Assembly (NCBI GenBank): GCA_035625415.1
Contig: DASPPQ010000050.1
Span: 6,405 to 70,404 of the forward strand
Direction of reading: 5' to 3'
DNA length: 64,000 nt
DNA from: Thermodesulfobacteriota bacterium
GTDB lineage: Bacteria; Desulfobacterota; BSN033; UBA1163
Below the pieces are notes generated by a model. The model saw only the letters and a list, made by a program, of their open reading frames with translations, did no database searches and had not been told where the DNA came from. Positions 19,717 to 29,085 of the stretch are shown in pieces. Numbering within the stretch: position 1 is the stretch's first letter; the number at the start of each line of letters is the position of its first letter. The position numbers and the translations under genes were made by a program.

Positions 19717-20652
19717 TTACTGTTCATCGTTCATCGTTTTGTTTTGGACCATGGAGACAAAGGCGTCCTCAAGCGAGGGGCGGACCACCAATAAATCGAC
19801 AATCTCCATCCCCTGTTTGCTCAGAATCTCTCGAATCCTTTTTTCCGCCTTTTGAGGATCATCGACGTGAACGTGGATTTTATCCCCGGATAAGACCAGG
19901 CTTCGAATAAACTCGATCCCTTCAAGCAATTTCATTCCTTTCTGACGGTCCTCCACCCGCAGTTCCAATATCGTCCCCCCGATTCGGGCCCTCACGGCAG
20001 AGGGAGTATCCGCAATGAGCAGGTCACCGTGATAAATCAGGCCGACATGGCTGCAGCGCTCGGCTTCATCCAGATAAGAAGTCGAGAAAAGGATGGTTAC
20101 CCCCTCTTTCAACAAATCGTAAAGGATGATCCAGAAATCTCTTCGAGAAAGCGGATCGACCCCTGTGGTCGGTTCATCAAGAAAGAGGATTTGGGGCGTA
20201 TGGATCAAAGCACAGATCAGACCCAGCTTTTGTTTCATCCCGCCGGAGAGGTCCTGGGCCCTTCGTTTCCCGAAAGGTTTCAGGTTGGCAAATTGAAGGA
20301 GCCTTTCGATCCGCTCCTTTCTCTCCTGTTTTGGGACTTGATAGAGATCTCCGTAAAAATGGATGTTTTCGAGAACGGTAAGATCCCCGTAGAGCCCGAA
20401 TCGCTGAGGAAGATAACCGACTTTTTCTCTTAGGGATTCCGCCTCCTTGTGAATATCATACCCCGCGACCTTTGCCTCCCCTCCATCAGGGGGGAGGATC
20501 CCGCACAGCATCCGGATGGTCGTCGTTTTCCCGGAGGCATCCGGCCCTACCAGACCAAAGATCTCCCCTGTTTTCACTTCCAAGTTCAGGTCTTTGACGG
20601 CCGACAACGATTCGAAAGACTTAGACAGATGGTTGGTTTGAATGGAGAACAT
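19717..20652 (-). CDS. ABC transporter ATP-binding protein (first ATPase of a YbhF-like split pair)
   Basis: Walker A GPDASGKTT and signature LSGGMKQKLGL. The start is trimmed to ATG 20652 (MFSIQTNHLSKSF). The track extension to 20778 translates the palindromic repeat (PHPLPLGERERMRG). Confidence 0.75.
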   Translation of the reverse strand: MFSIQTNHLSKSFESLSAVKDLNLEVKTGEIFGLVGPDASGKTTTIRMLCGILPPDGGEAKVAGYDIHKEAESLREKVGYLPQRFGLYGDLTVLENIHFYGDLYQVPKQERKERIERLLQFANLKPFGKRRAQDLSGGMKQKLGLICALIHTPQILFLDEPTTGVDPLSRRDFWIILYDLLKEGVTILFSTSYLDEAERCSHVGLIYHGDLLIADTPSAVRARIGGTILELRVEDRQKGMKLLEGIEFIRSLVLSGDKIHVHVDDPQKAEKRIREILSKQGMEIVDLLVVRPSLEDAFVSMVQNKTMNDEQ

Positions 20653-20662
20653 AGAAATACGA

Positions 20663-20842
20663 GCACCAAATCCCAAACACCAAATTACAAATAAAATCCA
20701 ATGTACAAAATTCAAAATTTCAAAACCCCTCATCCTTTCCCTCTCCCCTAAGGGGAGAGGGTGGGGTGAGGGGGTCACTCGAGATTCGGGTTTGGAATTT
20801 GTTTGGAATTTGTAATTTGGGATTTGGGATTTAAAAACACAA
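20663..20842. repeat. Full-length composite palindromic element: AT-rich arm (ACCAAATCCCAAACACCAAATTACAAAT...), GC hairpin CCCTCTCCCCtaaGGGGAGAGGGTGGGGTGAGGGGG, then inverse AT-rich arm (GGTTTGGAATTTGTTTGGAATTTGTAATTTGGGATTTGGGATTT)
   Basis: Arm complementarity and the central stem are visible directly. It is the archetype of a family with 10 or more partial copies in this window. Confidence 0.7.
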
Positions 20843-20868
20843 CTATTATTTTCATGAAACCATCAGCG

Positions 20869-21873
20869 TTATTGTCTTTTAGGCGAAGACGAAGCCAGTA
20901 GGATCCGCCCGTCGGCTGGCATCCCAGGTTTGAGTTCATGATCCTTATTCGAAATATCCACCTTGATTCGGTAGACGAGGGTCACCCTCTCCTTTTCCGT
21001 CTGAATCTGTTTCGGTGTGAACTCGGCCTGAGAAGAGATGAAAGAGATTCTCCCTCTGTATTCTTTCTTCGGCCGAAGGTCTGTCGTCACAATGACTTCC
21101 TGACCCCATTTTACCTCGCTGAGGTTCGTCTCCGGGATATAGGCCTTCAACCATACTTTTTCGATGTCGGCCATGGTAAGAACGGAAGTCCCTGGATTGA
21201 CAACCTCGCCGATTTCCCCGGATTTGACCAGAACGACTCCGGATATCGGAGAATAGAGCGTAGTATAGCTGAGCTGTGTCTCATCCAGCTTCACAGAGGC
21301 CCGGGCTTGATCCACTTGAGCTCTCGCATCCTCGATATCCTCCTTCCTCGGCCCCTCCTTCACCAGAAGGTAGTTCTCTCTAGCTCTTTGAAAGGCGGCC
21401 TTGGCGATCTTAAACGCAGCCTCGGCGTTGTCGGACGTCTCTTTAGGAACAACCTTCTTCTCGAAAAGGGACTTCATCCGTTCGTACTGGGTCTCCTTAT
21501 TGTCCAGGTCGAACTTAGCCTGGTTGAGTTCGGCCTCCGCCTGTCTTATTTCTTCCGGCCTTGACCCCGCAAGCAGTTTGCTCAATCGAGCTTGCGCCGA
21601 CATCAACGTCGCCTGTGCCACTTCGAGGCGGTTGCGGAGATCTTCATCGTCCAATTTGGCCAGAATCTTTCCTTGATCCACCCAATCCCCCTCTTCATAA
21701 GAACGACTGACAATCCTTCCGGAGACTTTAAACCCTATGTCTACCTCCGTGGCCTCTATGTTCCCGGATACCTTTATGAAAATTCCCTCTTCCTCCCTTT
21801 CTCTCATCAGGAAATAGTAGAGAAGACCGGCTGTGACGACAGCGGCGATGACGATCAGTAGGATCCGTTTCAT
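20869..21873 (-). CDS. HlyD-family membrane fusion/periplasmic adaptor protein (YbhG-like)
   Basis: N-terminal TM anchor, coiled-coil region, then beta-barrel domain. It is the first gene of the exporter operon. Confidence 0.8.
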   Translation of the reverse strand: MKRILLIVIAAVVTAGLLYYFLMREREEEGIFIKVSGNIEATEVDIGFKVSGRIVSRSYEEGDWVDQGKILAKLDDEDLRNRLEVAQATLMSAQARLSKLLAGSRPEEIRQAEAELNQAKFDLDNKETQYERMKSLFEKKVVPKETSDNAEAAFKIAKAAFQRARENYLLVKEGPRKEDIEDARAQVDQARASVKLDETQLSYTTLYSPISGVVLVKSGEIGEVVNPGTSVLTMADIEKVWLKAYIPETNLSEVKWGQEVIVTTDLRPKKEYRGRISFISSQAEFTPKQIQTEKERVTLVYRIKVDISNKDHELKPGMPADGRILLASSSPKRQ

Positions 21874-22031
21874 CTTCTAACCTATCCTAAAACTTAAAGA
21901 ACACCATTATAAATTCTATCAGGATTCCTGTCAAAACTTTTTCCCCCCTGCTCCTTCTCCCCTGGGAGGGAATGAGTGGAAGCGAACCCTCTTGAATTTT
22001 CTTATAGTTACGAGTAAGATGAGTTTGTAAA

Positions 22032-24203
22032 ATGCTAAGATTCAACGATGTCCTTGAAAGGCTAACTTCCTATCAACCTAACGCGGATATCGAGCTCCTA
22101 AAGAAGGCCTATGTCTTTTCTGCCAAGGTTCATTTAGGGCAGGTCCGCCTCTCCGGAGAACCTTACCTGAATCATCCCTTAGAAGTCGCTGGAATCTTGA
22201 CCCAACTGAAACTCGACGTTGCGAGTGTGGCGACCGGACTGCTTCACGATACGGTGGAGGATACGCTCACTACCTCGAAGGAGCTCCAGGAAAACTTCGG
22301 CGAAGAAATCGCTCAGTTGGTGGACGGCCTGACCAAGATCAGCCGCATCTCTCTACGATCCTCCGAAGAGCACCAAGCAGAGAATTTCCGCAAGATGATA
22401 CTGGCGATGGTAAAGGATATTCGGGTCATCCTGATCAAACTGGCTGACCGTCTTCATAACATGCGGACGCTTCAATATCATTCTCCAGAAAAACAGGCGG
22501 AGATCGCCCAAGAAACCATTGACATCTATGCTCCTTTGGCCCATCGCCTCGGGATCGACTGGATCAAATCGGAGTTAGAGAACCTGGCCTTTCAGTACCT
22601 CCATCCTGAACTCTACGAGGAGATTCGGCGCAAGATCGCGAAAAAGGAGAAGGAGAGAGCCCGTTACATAGAAGAAGTGAAGCGCACGTTGATGAAAAAA
22701 CTTTATGAAAATCACATCGAGGGCGAAGTGACCGGCCGATTAAAACAGACTTACAGCATCTACTTGAAGATGAAAGAACAAAACATCGATTTTGATCAAG
22801 TCTATGATATCACTGCTTTCCGAGTCGTCGTCAATTCCATTAAAGCGTGCTACGACGTGTTAGGCATTATCCATTCCATCTGGAAACCCATCCCGGGGAA
22901 ATTCAAGGACTACATCGGCCTTCCCAAAGAAAACATGTATCAATCCCTTCATACGACAGTCATCGGACCTTATGGAGAACGGATCGAGATCCAGATTCGA
23001 ACACACGAAATGCACAAGATTGCGGAGGAAGGCATTGCCGCCCATTGGAAATACAAAGAGGGAAAGGTGGTTGAAGAGGCCGAGGATAAGCGTTTTACCT
23101 GGCTGAGGCAGCTCTTGGAGTGGCAGCGAGATCTAAAGGACAATCAAGAATTTATCGAAAGTCTCAAGGTGGATCTCTTCCCCAATGAAGTCTACATCTT
23201 CACCCCGAAGGGGCAGGTGAGGCAGTTCCCCATCGGATCGACCCCTGTCGATTTCGCTTATAGCATCCATTCCGACGTCGGGAATCATTGTGTGGGCGCC
23301 AAGGTTAACGGGAAGATCGTTCCCCTGAGGTATGAACTGCGAAGCGGGGATACCGTCGAAATTCTCACTTCCCCCAATCAGAGGCCGAGCAAGGATTGGC
23401 TCAAGTTAGTCAAAACCTCGCGGGCCAAGACAAAAATTCGCCAATGGTTCACGGCGGAAGAGAGGGAAAAATCGATCACCCTCGGAAAAGACATCCTGGA
23501 GAAAGAGCTCCAAAAGTATGGGCTCCAGCAGACCAAATTGATCAAGTCGGGCGAGTTGGTCAACGTGGCTAACGAATTCAGTTTCCAGGGAGTCGAGGAT
23601 CTCATCGCCGCCGTGGGTTACGGGAAGGTCACCGCCAATCAAATCATCGGAAAGATCCTTCCCCAGGAAAAATTGGAACAACAGAAGGAAGAGCTGGAAG
23701 GGGGACGCCTTAAACATCTCATTCAAAAAATTACCCGCGCGCCTAAGGACGCTCTTCTGATCAGGGGGATCGATAATGTGATGGTGCGCTATGCGGGGTG
23801 TTGCAATCCCGTCCCGGGGGATAAAGTGGTGGGATTCATCACCCGGGGGAGAGGCGTAACGATCCATACCGTCGATTGCCAGAACGCGATAGACGATGAC
23901 CCTCATCGCAAGGTTGAAGTAGAATGGGATTCGAAGAAGGAATACATCTATCCTGTGAGAATCCGAATCTATTCCGAGGACAAGAAGGGGTTGCTCGCTG
24001 AAATCAGCAATTCAATTTCTTCCAACGAAGCCAACATCAAGAATGCCAGGGTGGATACGACGGAGGATAAATCCGCCGTCAGCACTTTCGAGGTAGAAAT
24101 TCGAGATTTGAACCATCTGAACAAAGTGATCAGGGCTCTCGGCAGGATTAAAGGGGTCCATCAAGTAGAAAGATTGAGGGCGGAGATGCAGGCCGAATCC
24201 TAA
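22032..24203 (+). CDS. Bifunctional (p)ppGpp synthetase/hydrolase (RelA/SpoT family)
   Basis: HD hydrolase motif (HLGQVRLSGEPYLNHPLEVAGIL...HDTVEDT), a synthetase domain, and TGS and ACT-like C-terminal regions. 723 aa. Confidence 0.9.
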   Translation: MLRFNDVLERLTSYQPNADIELLKKAYVFSAKVHLGQVRLSGEPYLNHPLEVAGILTQLKLDVASVATGLLHDTVEDTLTTSKELQENFGEEIAQLVDGLTKISRISLRSSEEHQAENFRKMILAMVKDIRVILIKLADRLHNMRTLQYHSPEKQAEIAQETIDIYAPLAHRLGIDWIKSELENLAFQYLHPELYEEIRRKIAKKEKERARYIEEVKRTLMKKLYENHIEGEVTGRLKQTYSIYLKMKEQNIDFDQVYDITAFRVVVNSIKACYDVLGIIHSIWKPIPGKFKDYIGLPKENMYQSLHTTVIGPYGERIEIQIRTHEMHKIAEEGIAAHWKYKEGKVVEEAEDKRFTWLRQLLEWQRDLKDNQEFIESLKVDLFPNEVYIFTPKGQVRQFPIGSTPVDFAYSIHSDVGNHCVGAKVNGKIVPLRYELRSGDTVEILTSPNQRPSKDWLKLVKTSRAKTKIRQWFTAEEREKSITLGKDILEKELQKYGLQQTKLIKSGELVNVANEFSFQGVEDLIAAVGYGKVTANQIIGKILPQEKLEQQKEELEGGRLKHLIQKITRAPKDALLIRGIDNVMVRYAGCCNPVPGDKVVGFITRGRGVTIHTVDCQNAIDDDPHRKVEVEWDSKKEYIYPVRIRIYSEDKKGLLAEISNSISSNEANIKNARVDTTEDKSAVSTFEVEIRDLNHLNKVIRALGRIKGVHQVERLRAEMQAES

Positions 24204-24306
24204 ATAGTCACATAGTTCTTTAGTCTTGCGGTCGCTTAGTCTCAAAGCCAAAAGACTACTAAAAGACCATGAGACTATTGGACTACAACACTACGTGACT
24301 ATGTTT
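24204..24306. terminator. Convergent-gene structured region with multiple inverted repeats, likely a bidirectional terminator
   Basis: TAGTCACATAG...ACTACGTGACTATG outer inverted repeat and inner TAGTCTT..AAGACTA and AGTCTCA..TGAGACT pairs. It lies between the relA (+) stop and the rpmB (-) stop. There is no clean T-tract. Confidence 0.4.
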
Positions 24307-24498
24307 TCAGGCGGCCTTGGTGATTAGCCCTGAGCGAAGGCATCGGGAACAGACCTTCATATGAATGGTCCTTCCCTGTTTGAGGGTCTTTATCTTGTGA
24401 AGGTTGGGATACCAAACTCTTCGGGTCTTGTTATTGGCATGGCTTACGTTGTGTCCGAAGACCGGCCCCTTTCCACAGATGTCGCAGACTTTTGCCAT
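24307..24498 (-). CDS. rpmB: 50S ribosomal protein L28
   Basis: [33 protein letters not shown] is the canonical L28 sequence. Confidence 0.9.
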   Translation of the reverse strand: MAKVCDICGKGPVFGHNVSHANNKTRRVWYPNLHKIKTLKQGRTIHMKVCSRCLRSGLITKAA

Positions 24499-24609
24499 GG
24501 TTAATCCTCGATATTATTTTAAGCTAAAATAACCTAACTTGATTGAAATTGCAACGAGACTGGAAAAAAATCCCTTACGCGCAGCCTCAGAGGACTTGAT
24601 GCGTTTGTA

Positions 24610-25503
24610 TCAATTCAACGTTTGATAGTAGACTACTTTTCTCCGCTCGACGGGGAATCTCACGGAGATCACTGTCTTCGTTTTCTTTTCGTCGGCTTCC
24701 ACCTTCATCATCCCATGATTATGCAGCACCACTTCTTTAACAAAACGAAGAATGAGATCCGGCGTCTCTCCCTTTTGGGTTGCAGCCGTTCCCGATGCCG
24801 GTTCGCTCGGTCTTTGACTCCCCAGAAAAACGACCGAGATCTCGACATACTTCCCTTCCCCTTTGAATAAACTTTCAACCTCGGTGGCCCCGTTGTCAAG
24901 AACCAAGGACTTCGTCGAAAGGCCAAGGTTCCAATTGGGAGGTGTGAAAGCCACAGCGTATTGAAGGAGAGAAGTGAGAATATACTTCAATTGTTCATCA
25001 GGAACGACAGTTTCTGGAAGATCCTTTTCCAATCTCTTTAGGACCTTGATTCCCTTCTCGTCCAGCTCAGTCTGGTGCCTCTTCAACACCTCCTCCATGA
25101 TATGGTGAACCGTGTTTGCTTTTCTGATCGGCGTGTGAACCTTGATATAATCGAGAAGGCTATTCAATACCATATTCACCTTCTCAATATCCTCATTCAC
25201 CGTCCGATAATAATATTCGCCGAACTCCCTATCGCTGAATTTTCCTCGGGAAATTTGCGTATAATTTTTAATGGAAGCGAGATTGCTCTTAATACCTCGG
25301 ACTAAATCAATAAAAAGGGAGGTCAAAAAAGGGGCATTTTGCCCATTTGACAAAAAATCTAATTTAGACTGAATAGATTCAATTCGATCTTCCGCTGAAG
25401 AAGACGCAAAGGACCCTTTTTCGCTTTCGCTTCCAAAAAGGTTCCGTTCCATCTTAATCACCAAACCTTTCCGACAGAATCCAATCCTTTGATCTATTAT
25501 CAT
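24610..25503 (-). CDS. Hypothetical protein with degenerate histidine-kinase-like ATPase features
   Basis: N-box-like LKYILTSLLQYAVAFT and a G1-like VLDNGATEV, but no recognisable H-box His. The alternative start is ATG 25452 (MERNLFG). Confidence 0.3.
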   Translation of the reverse strand: MIIDQRIGFCRKGLVIKMERNLFGSESEKGSFASSSAEDRIESIQSKLDFLSNGQNAPFLTSLFIDLVRGIKSNLASIKNYTQISRGKFSDREFGEYYYRTVNEDIEKVNMVLNSLLDYIKVHTPIRKANTVHHIMEEVLKRHQTELDEKGIKVLKRLEKDLPETVVPDEQLKYILTSLLQYAVAFTPPNWNLGLSTKSLVLDNGATEVESLFKGEGKYVEISVVFLGSQRPSEPASGTAATQKGETPDLILRFVKEVVLHNHGMMKVEADEKKTKTVISVRFPVERRKVVYYQTLN

Positions 25504-25809
25504 TATATATAGACTTTGCTAAAAACTCAATATTAGAAATGCCAAATGCGGCGATAAGTGCTTATCGTCTGACCTTTTTCCATGACATGATTTGACGCTT
25601 ATTAACGTTCTGCTACACGACTCTTCATGAGTTAACATCTGAAAGACATTGGAGATTAGCCTTGCCGGAGGGTTTTCTTAGTAAATGGGGAGACAGATTA
25701 GAGAGTTACCCCGTTGGTAAGCCGAGTATTTCTGCTGAGGATGGTAGAAATGAAAGCAACAAATCCTTATTTCGGGCGGGGTCAAGGCCCCACCATTTCT
25801 AACGAGGGG

Positions 25810-26964
25810 TTACTCTTTAAAGGCGGTCATAGGCTCTAACACCAACTTCCCTTTTTCGATACGTTCTATAGAAAGCGAGGAGATGTCGATCGTACGGGCC
25901 ACTCCGTCTGTGATCAACTCCGAGATCACTTTTCCTACCGCAGGGCTGTGCTGAAATCCGTGTCCACTGAAACCATTGGCGAGGATAAGTCCCGGAGCCG
26001 CAGGAACTTTCCCCAGAATGGCATGACGATCCGGCGAGATTTCGTAGAGCCCCGCCCATCCCCTTGCGATACGAGCTTTCTCGAGAGCCGGGACACGGAA
26101 CATTGCATTCTCTGAAGTCTCGGCCATGGCTTCATATTCTGTGTTAAGGTTAAAACTCGGCTCCAGATCTAATGGACCAGAAAGAAGTAACCCGTTCCCT
26201 TCTTGGCGGAAATACCACCCTCTATGAAAGTCAATCGTCAGCGGAATGGGAGAGTCGGTCAGATGGAAAGGAGCCGTGATAAAGATCTGCCTTCTCAAAG
26301 GCTTAACGGGAATGTTGATACCTGCCATTCCTCCAATGGAGGCGGCATGAGGTCCTCCGGCATTGACAACCACGGGAGCAAAAATCTCTTCACCCTTTGT
26401 TCTGACACTCCGAACCCTTCCTTTTGCCAGAGAGATCCCGACGATCTCCATTCCTTCGTAAATTTTCACTCCTGCCCTCTTTGCACCATTGACGAACCCC
26501 GACAGGATTTCACTGGAGCCAGCATACCCATCCTTGGGACAGAATGTTCCTCCAAGGACGTCCTCTGTTCTTAAGTAGGGCCAGCGGGACCTAATCTCTT
26601 CGGGGCTCAAAAATTCGACAGGAATGTTAAATTTTCTTTGGAGCGTTATATTCTCCCTGAAGACCCCTATCTCCTGTTCCGTGGTTGCCAAAAAAAGATA
26701 CCCGATTTTCTTAAATTCTGGATTAATTCCGAACTCCTCTTCGAACTGCTCGAAGGTCTTCAGCGATTCGAGTGAGAAACGAATGTTAATCTCTGTGGAA
26801 AATTGGGTTCGTATCCCTCCCACACAACGGCCGGTGGAACCTTCTCCCAATTGTCCCTTCTCGAAGAGGACAATCCTTCCCGCCCTCTTCAGGGCAAGAT
26901 AGTAAGCAATGCTCAGCCCTACAATCCCGCCTCCGATAATGACGACATCTGCCGTCTTTTCCAT
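25810..26964 (-). CDS. FAD-dependent oxidoreductase (DAO family; glycine/sarcosine/D-amino-acid oxidase-like)
   Basis: N-terminal Rossmann motif VVIIGGGIVGLSIAYYL. 384 aa with the DAO fold. Confidence 0.75.
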   Translation of the reverse strand: MEKTADVVIIGGGIVGLSIAYYLALKRAGRIVLFEKGQLGEGSTGRCVGGIRTQFSTEINIRFSLESLKTFEQFEEEFGINPEFKKIGYLFLATTEQEIGVFRENITLQRKFNIPVEFLSPEEIRSRWPYLRTEDVLGGTFCPKDGYAGSSEILSGFVNGAKRAGVKIYEGMEIVGISLAKGRVRSVRTKGEEIFAPVVVNAGGPHAASIGGMAGINIPVKPLRRQIFITAPFHLTDSPIPLTIDFHRGWYFRQEGNGLLLSGPLDLEPSFNLNTEYEAMAETSENAMFRVPALEKARIARGWAGLYEISPDRHAILGKVPAAPGLILANGFSGHGFQHSPAVGKVISELITDGVARTIDISSLSIERIEKGKLVLEPMTAFKE

Positions 26965-27023
26965 AGGAACCTTACCTGGGGATCAAGTATGGCGATTGGA
27001 GTGAGCCGCCTCAGTATCCCTGC

Positions 27024-28622
27024 TTAACGTTTTATCCTTCCCTTAACGATATTTAACAAAAAAAGCATCTCCTCATTCTTCATCCAATAGGAGCTTGCCA
27101 AATAGACTCCTATGCCGGCAATCATCCCGGCTACCAGGAGAAAAACCTTTTCGATCGTATTTCCGGAACCCGTCCAATCCCCGACGGAGCAGATCAAATA
27201 AGCCACCCATCCCATCGGAAGACCGCATAAAAAAGTTTTCAGGAGCGATTTGATATTTTTTGCTACATCTAATCCGCCCAATCTCTGATTCAACTTCCGG
27301 TAGAGAAGAATGAGGTTCAATATGGAGGAGAGACCGGTAGCCAATGCCAGGCCTGCATGTTTCAAAGGATGTATGAAGACAAGGATCAGGATGACATTGG
27401 CCCCCAGACAGATGAGGCCAATTTTTAAAGGGGTCTTTGTATCCTGAAGAGAATAAAAAGCCGGAGCAAGAACCCTGACTCCTCCAATCGCCCATAGGCC
27501 CACGGAATAACATAAGAGAGCTCTCGCCGTCATTCTGGTTGCCAGATAGTCAAACGCCCCCCTTTGAAAAAGCAGATTAAGGATAGGGGTCTTGAGAAAG
27601 ATAAGGCCCAGCATTGCAGGGATACAAATGAACGAAGCCAGACGAAAGGCGAACGAGACCGTCTCCTTGAATTGCTCGGTCTTCCCTTGCGCAACCAGTG
27701 CCGAAAAGCTCGGGAGTGCTGCTGTTCCGATAGCAATCACAAAAATTCCCAATGGAAACTCCATCAGTCGACCCGCATAGAAGAGATAAGAGACGCTTCC
27801 GTCAGGGAGGGAAGTGGCGAAGATCGTATCGACGACTTCATTGATCTGATACACGGCGGTCCCAATCAGTCCCGGAACCATCAGAAGTCCGATTTGCTTA
27901 ATGGCCGGGTGCCGAAAATTGAAATTGAATCGAAAACGAATCTTCTTTCTTATTAAAAAAGGAAGCTGGAAGAAAAATTGAAGCATTCCTCCTGTAAGAA
28001 CACCGATCGCCAACGCCATCACCGGTTTTCGAAGGTGATAATAGAACAGGAACACTGAGACAATGATCGAAAGATTGAGGAAAACGGTAGAAAACGCCGG
28101 TGCAAAGAAATGTCTAAGGGAGTTCAAAATCCCCATGGAGAGAGCGAATAACCCAACGAAAAATAGATAGGGGAACATGATCCGGTTGAGGGTAACAGCA
28201 AGTTGAAATTTCTCTGAGGTCGGGGACCATGTGAGAGCGAAAATTTTGATCAAAATTGGGGAGAAGATGATTCCCAGACTCGTCAAAACGAATAGCAGGG
28301 CTCCTGCAATCGTAAAGGCAATATGCGTGACTTCTTCCGATTCCTTCTCGGTACGCTGCGTGAGGTATTCCGTATAAACTGGAATAAACGAGACGGTCAT
28401 CGAGCCCTCTCCTACCAGCCGCCTCCAAAGGTTAGGAATGCGGAAAGCAACAAAAAAAGCGTCGGTTGCCATCCGGGCCCCAAAAAAATACGCAACAACC
28501 ATGTCCCTGATGAAGCCAGAGATCCGGCTGAGGAGCGTTCCCATTCCGATGATAGTAGCCGCTTTGGTAATTTTATGGTTTTCTGACATGGTGGGAATGA
28601 CGCGAATGACAACGAAGGTCAC
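27024..28622 (-). CDS. murJ: Lipid II flippase MurJ (MviN)
   Basis: 14-TM MOP-superfamily protein with the MurJ N-terminal signature LLSRISGFIRDMVVAYFFGA. The start may be ATG 28589. Confidence 0.85.
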   Translation of the reverse strand: MTFVVIRVIPTMSENHKITKAATIIGMGTLLSRISGFIRDMVVAYFFGARMATDAFFVAFRIPNLWRRLVGEGSMTVSFIPVYTEYLTQRTEKESEEVTHIAFTIAGALLFVLTSLGIIFSPILIKIFALTWSPTSEKFQLAVTLNRIMFPYLFFVGLFALSMGILNSLRHFFAPAFSTVFLNLSIIVSVFLFYYHLRKPVMALAIGVLTGGMLQFFFQLPFLIRKKIRFRFNFNFRHPAIKQIGLLMVPGLIGTAVYQINEVVDTIFATSLPDGSVSYLFYAGRLMEFPLGIFVIAIGTAALPSFSALVAQGKTEQFKETVSFAFRLASFICIPAMLGLIFLKTPILNLLFQRGAFDYLATRMTARALLCYSVGLWAIGGVRVLAPAFYSLQDTKTPLKIGLICLGANVILILVFIHPLKHAGLALATGLSSILNLILLYRKLNQRLGGLDVAKNIKSLLKTFLCGLPMGWVAYLICSVGDWTGSGNTIEKVFLLVAGMIAGIGVYLASSYWMKNEEMLFLLNIVKGRIKR

Positions 28623-28786
28623 GAATAAACCAAACTTATGAAATTCGTTACCATTCGGCTAATTCGTTCTTCCAGACCTTGACACACGCTATCTTAAAGT
28701 GTTAAAAAAATCAATCATCTCTTAACGTTTGCCTCTTGCCAGGCTGGAGAGGGATCGGTAAGGGGTCAAAGAAAGGAGGTTAAATT

Positions 28787-29062
28787 TTGACAACCCATTT
28801 ATCGGCGATCAAACGGGCAAGACAAAATGAGAAAAGGAGGCTTCGAAACCTTAATATCAAAACCGCAGTGAAGTCTTCAATAAAAAAGGTGAGAGTAGCC
28901 GTTGCGAAGAACGATGTTGAAGGGGCCCAGAAGGCTTTATCAAAGTCAATCCCTCTCATCCAGAAGGCTCGCTCCAAAGGTGTCTTCCATAAGAATACCT
29001 GTGCCAGAAAAATCTCCCGGCTGACCCGGGAAGTCAACGCTCTTAAGACCAAACCTGCTTAA
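28787..29062 (+). CDS. rpsT: 30S ribosomal protein S20
   Basis: AIKRARQNEKRRLRN is the S20 signature. The start is TTG, with GGAGG 9 nt upstream. A candidate promoter TTGACA sits at 28673. Confidence 0.85.
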   Translation: MTTHLSAIKRARQNEKRRLRNLNIKTAVKSSIKKVRVAVAKNDVEGAQKALSKSIPLIQKARSKGVFHKNTCARKISRLTREVNALKTKPA

Positions 29063-29085
29063 TGCATATCGAATCAAATCCCCTC

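Noticed and set aside
25504-25809. Scan for tRNA genes (T-loop GTTCGAATC-type motifs) here and in other long spacers
   Set aside because: No cloverleaf-compatible sequence was found. No tRNA or rRNA is called in this window.
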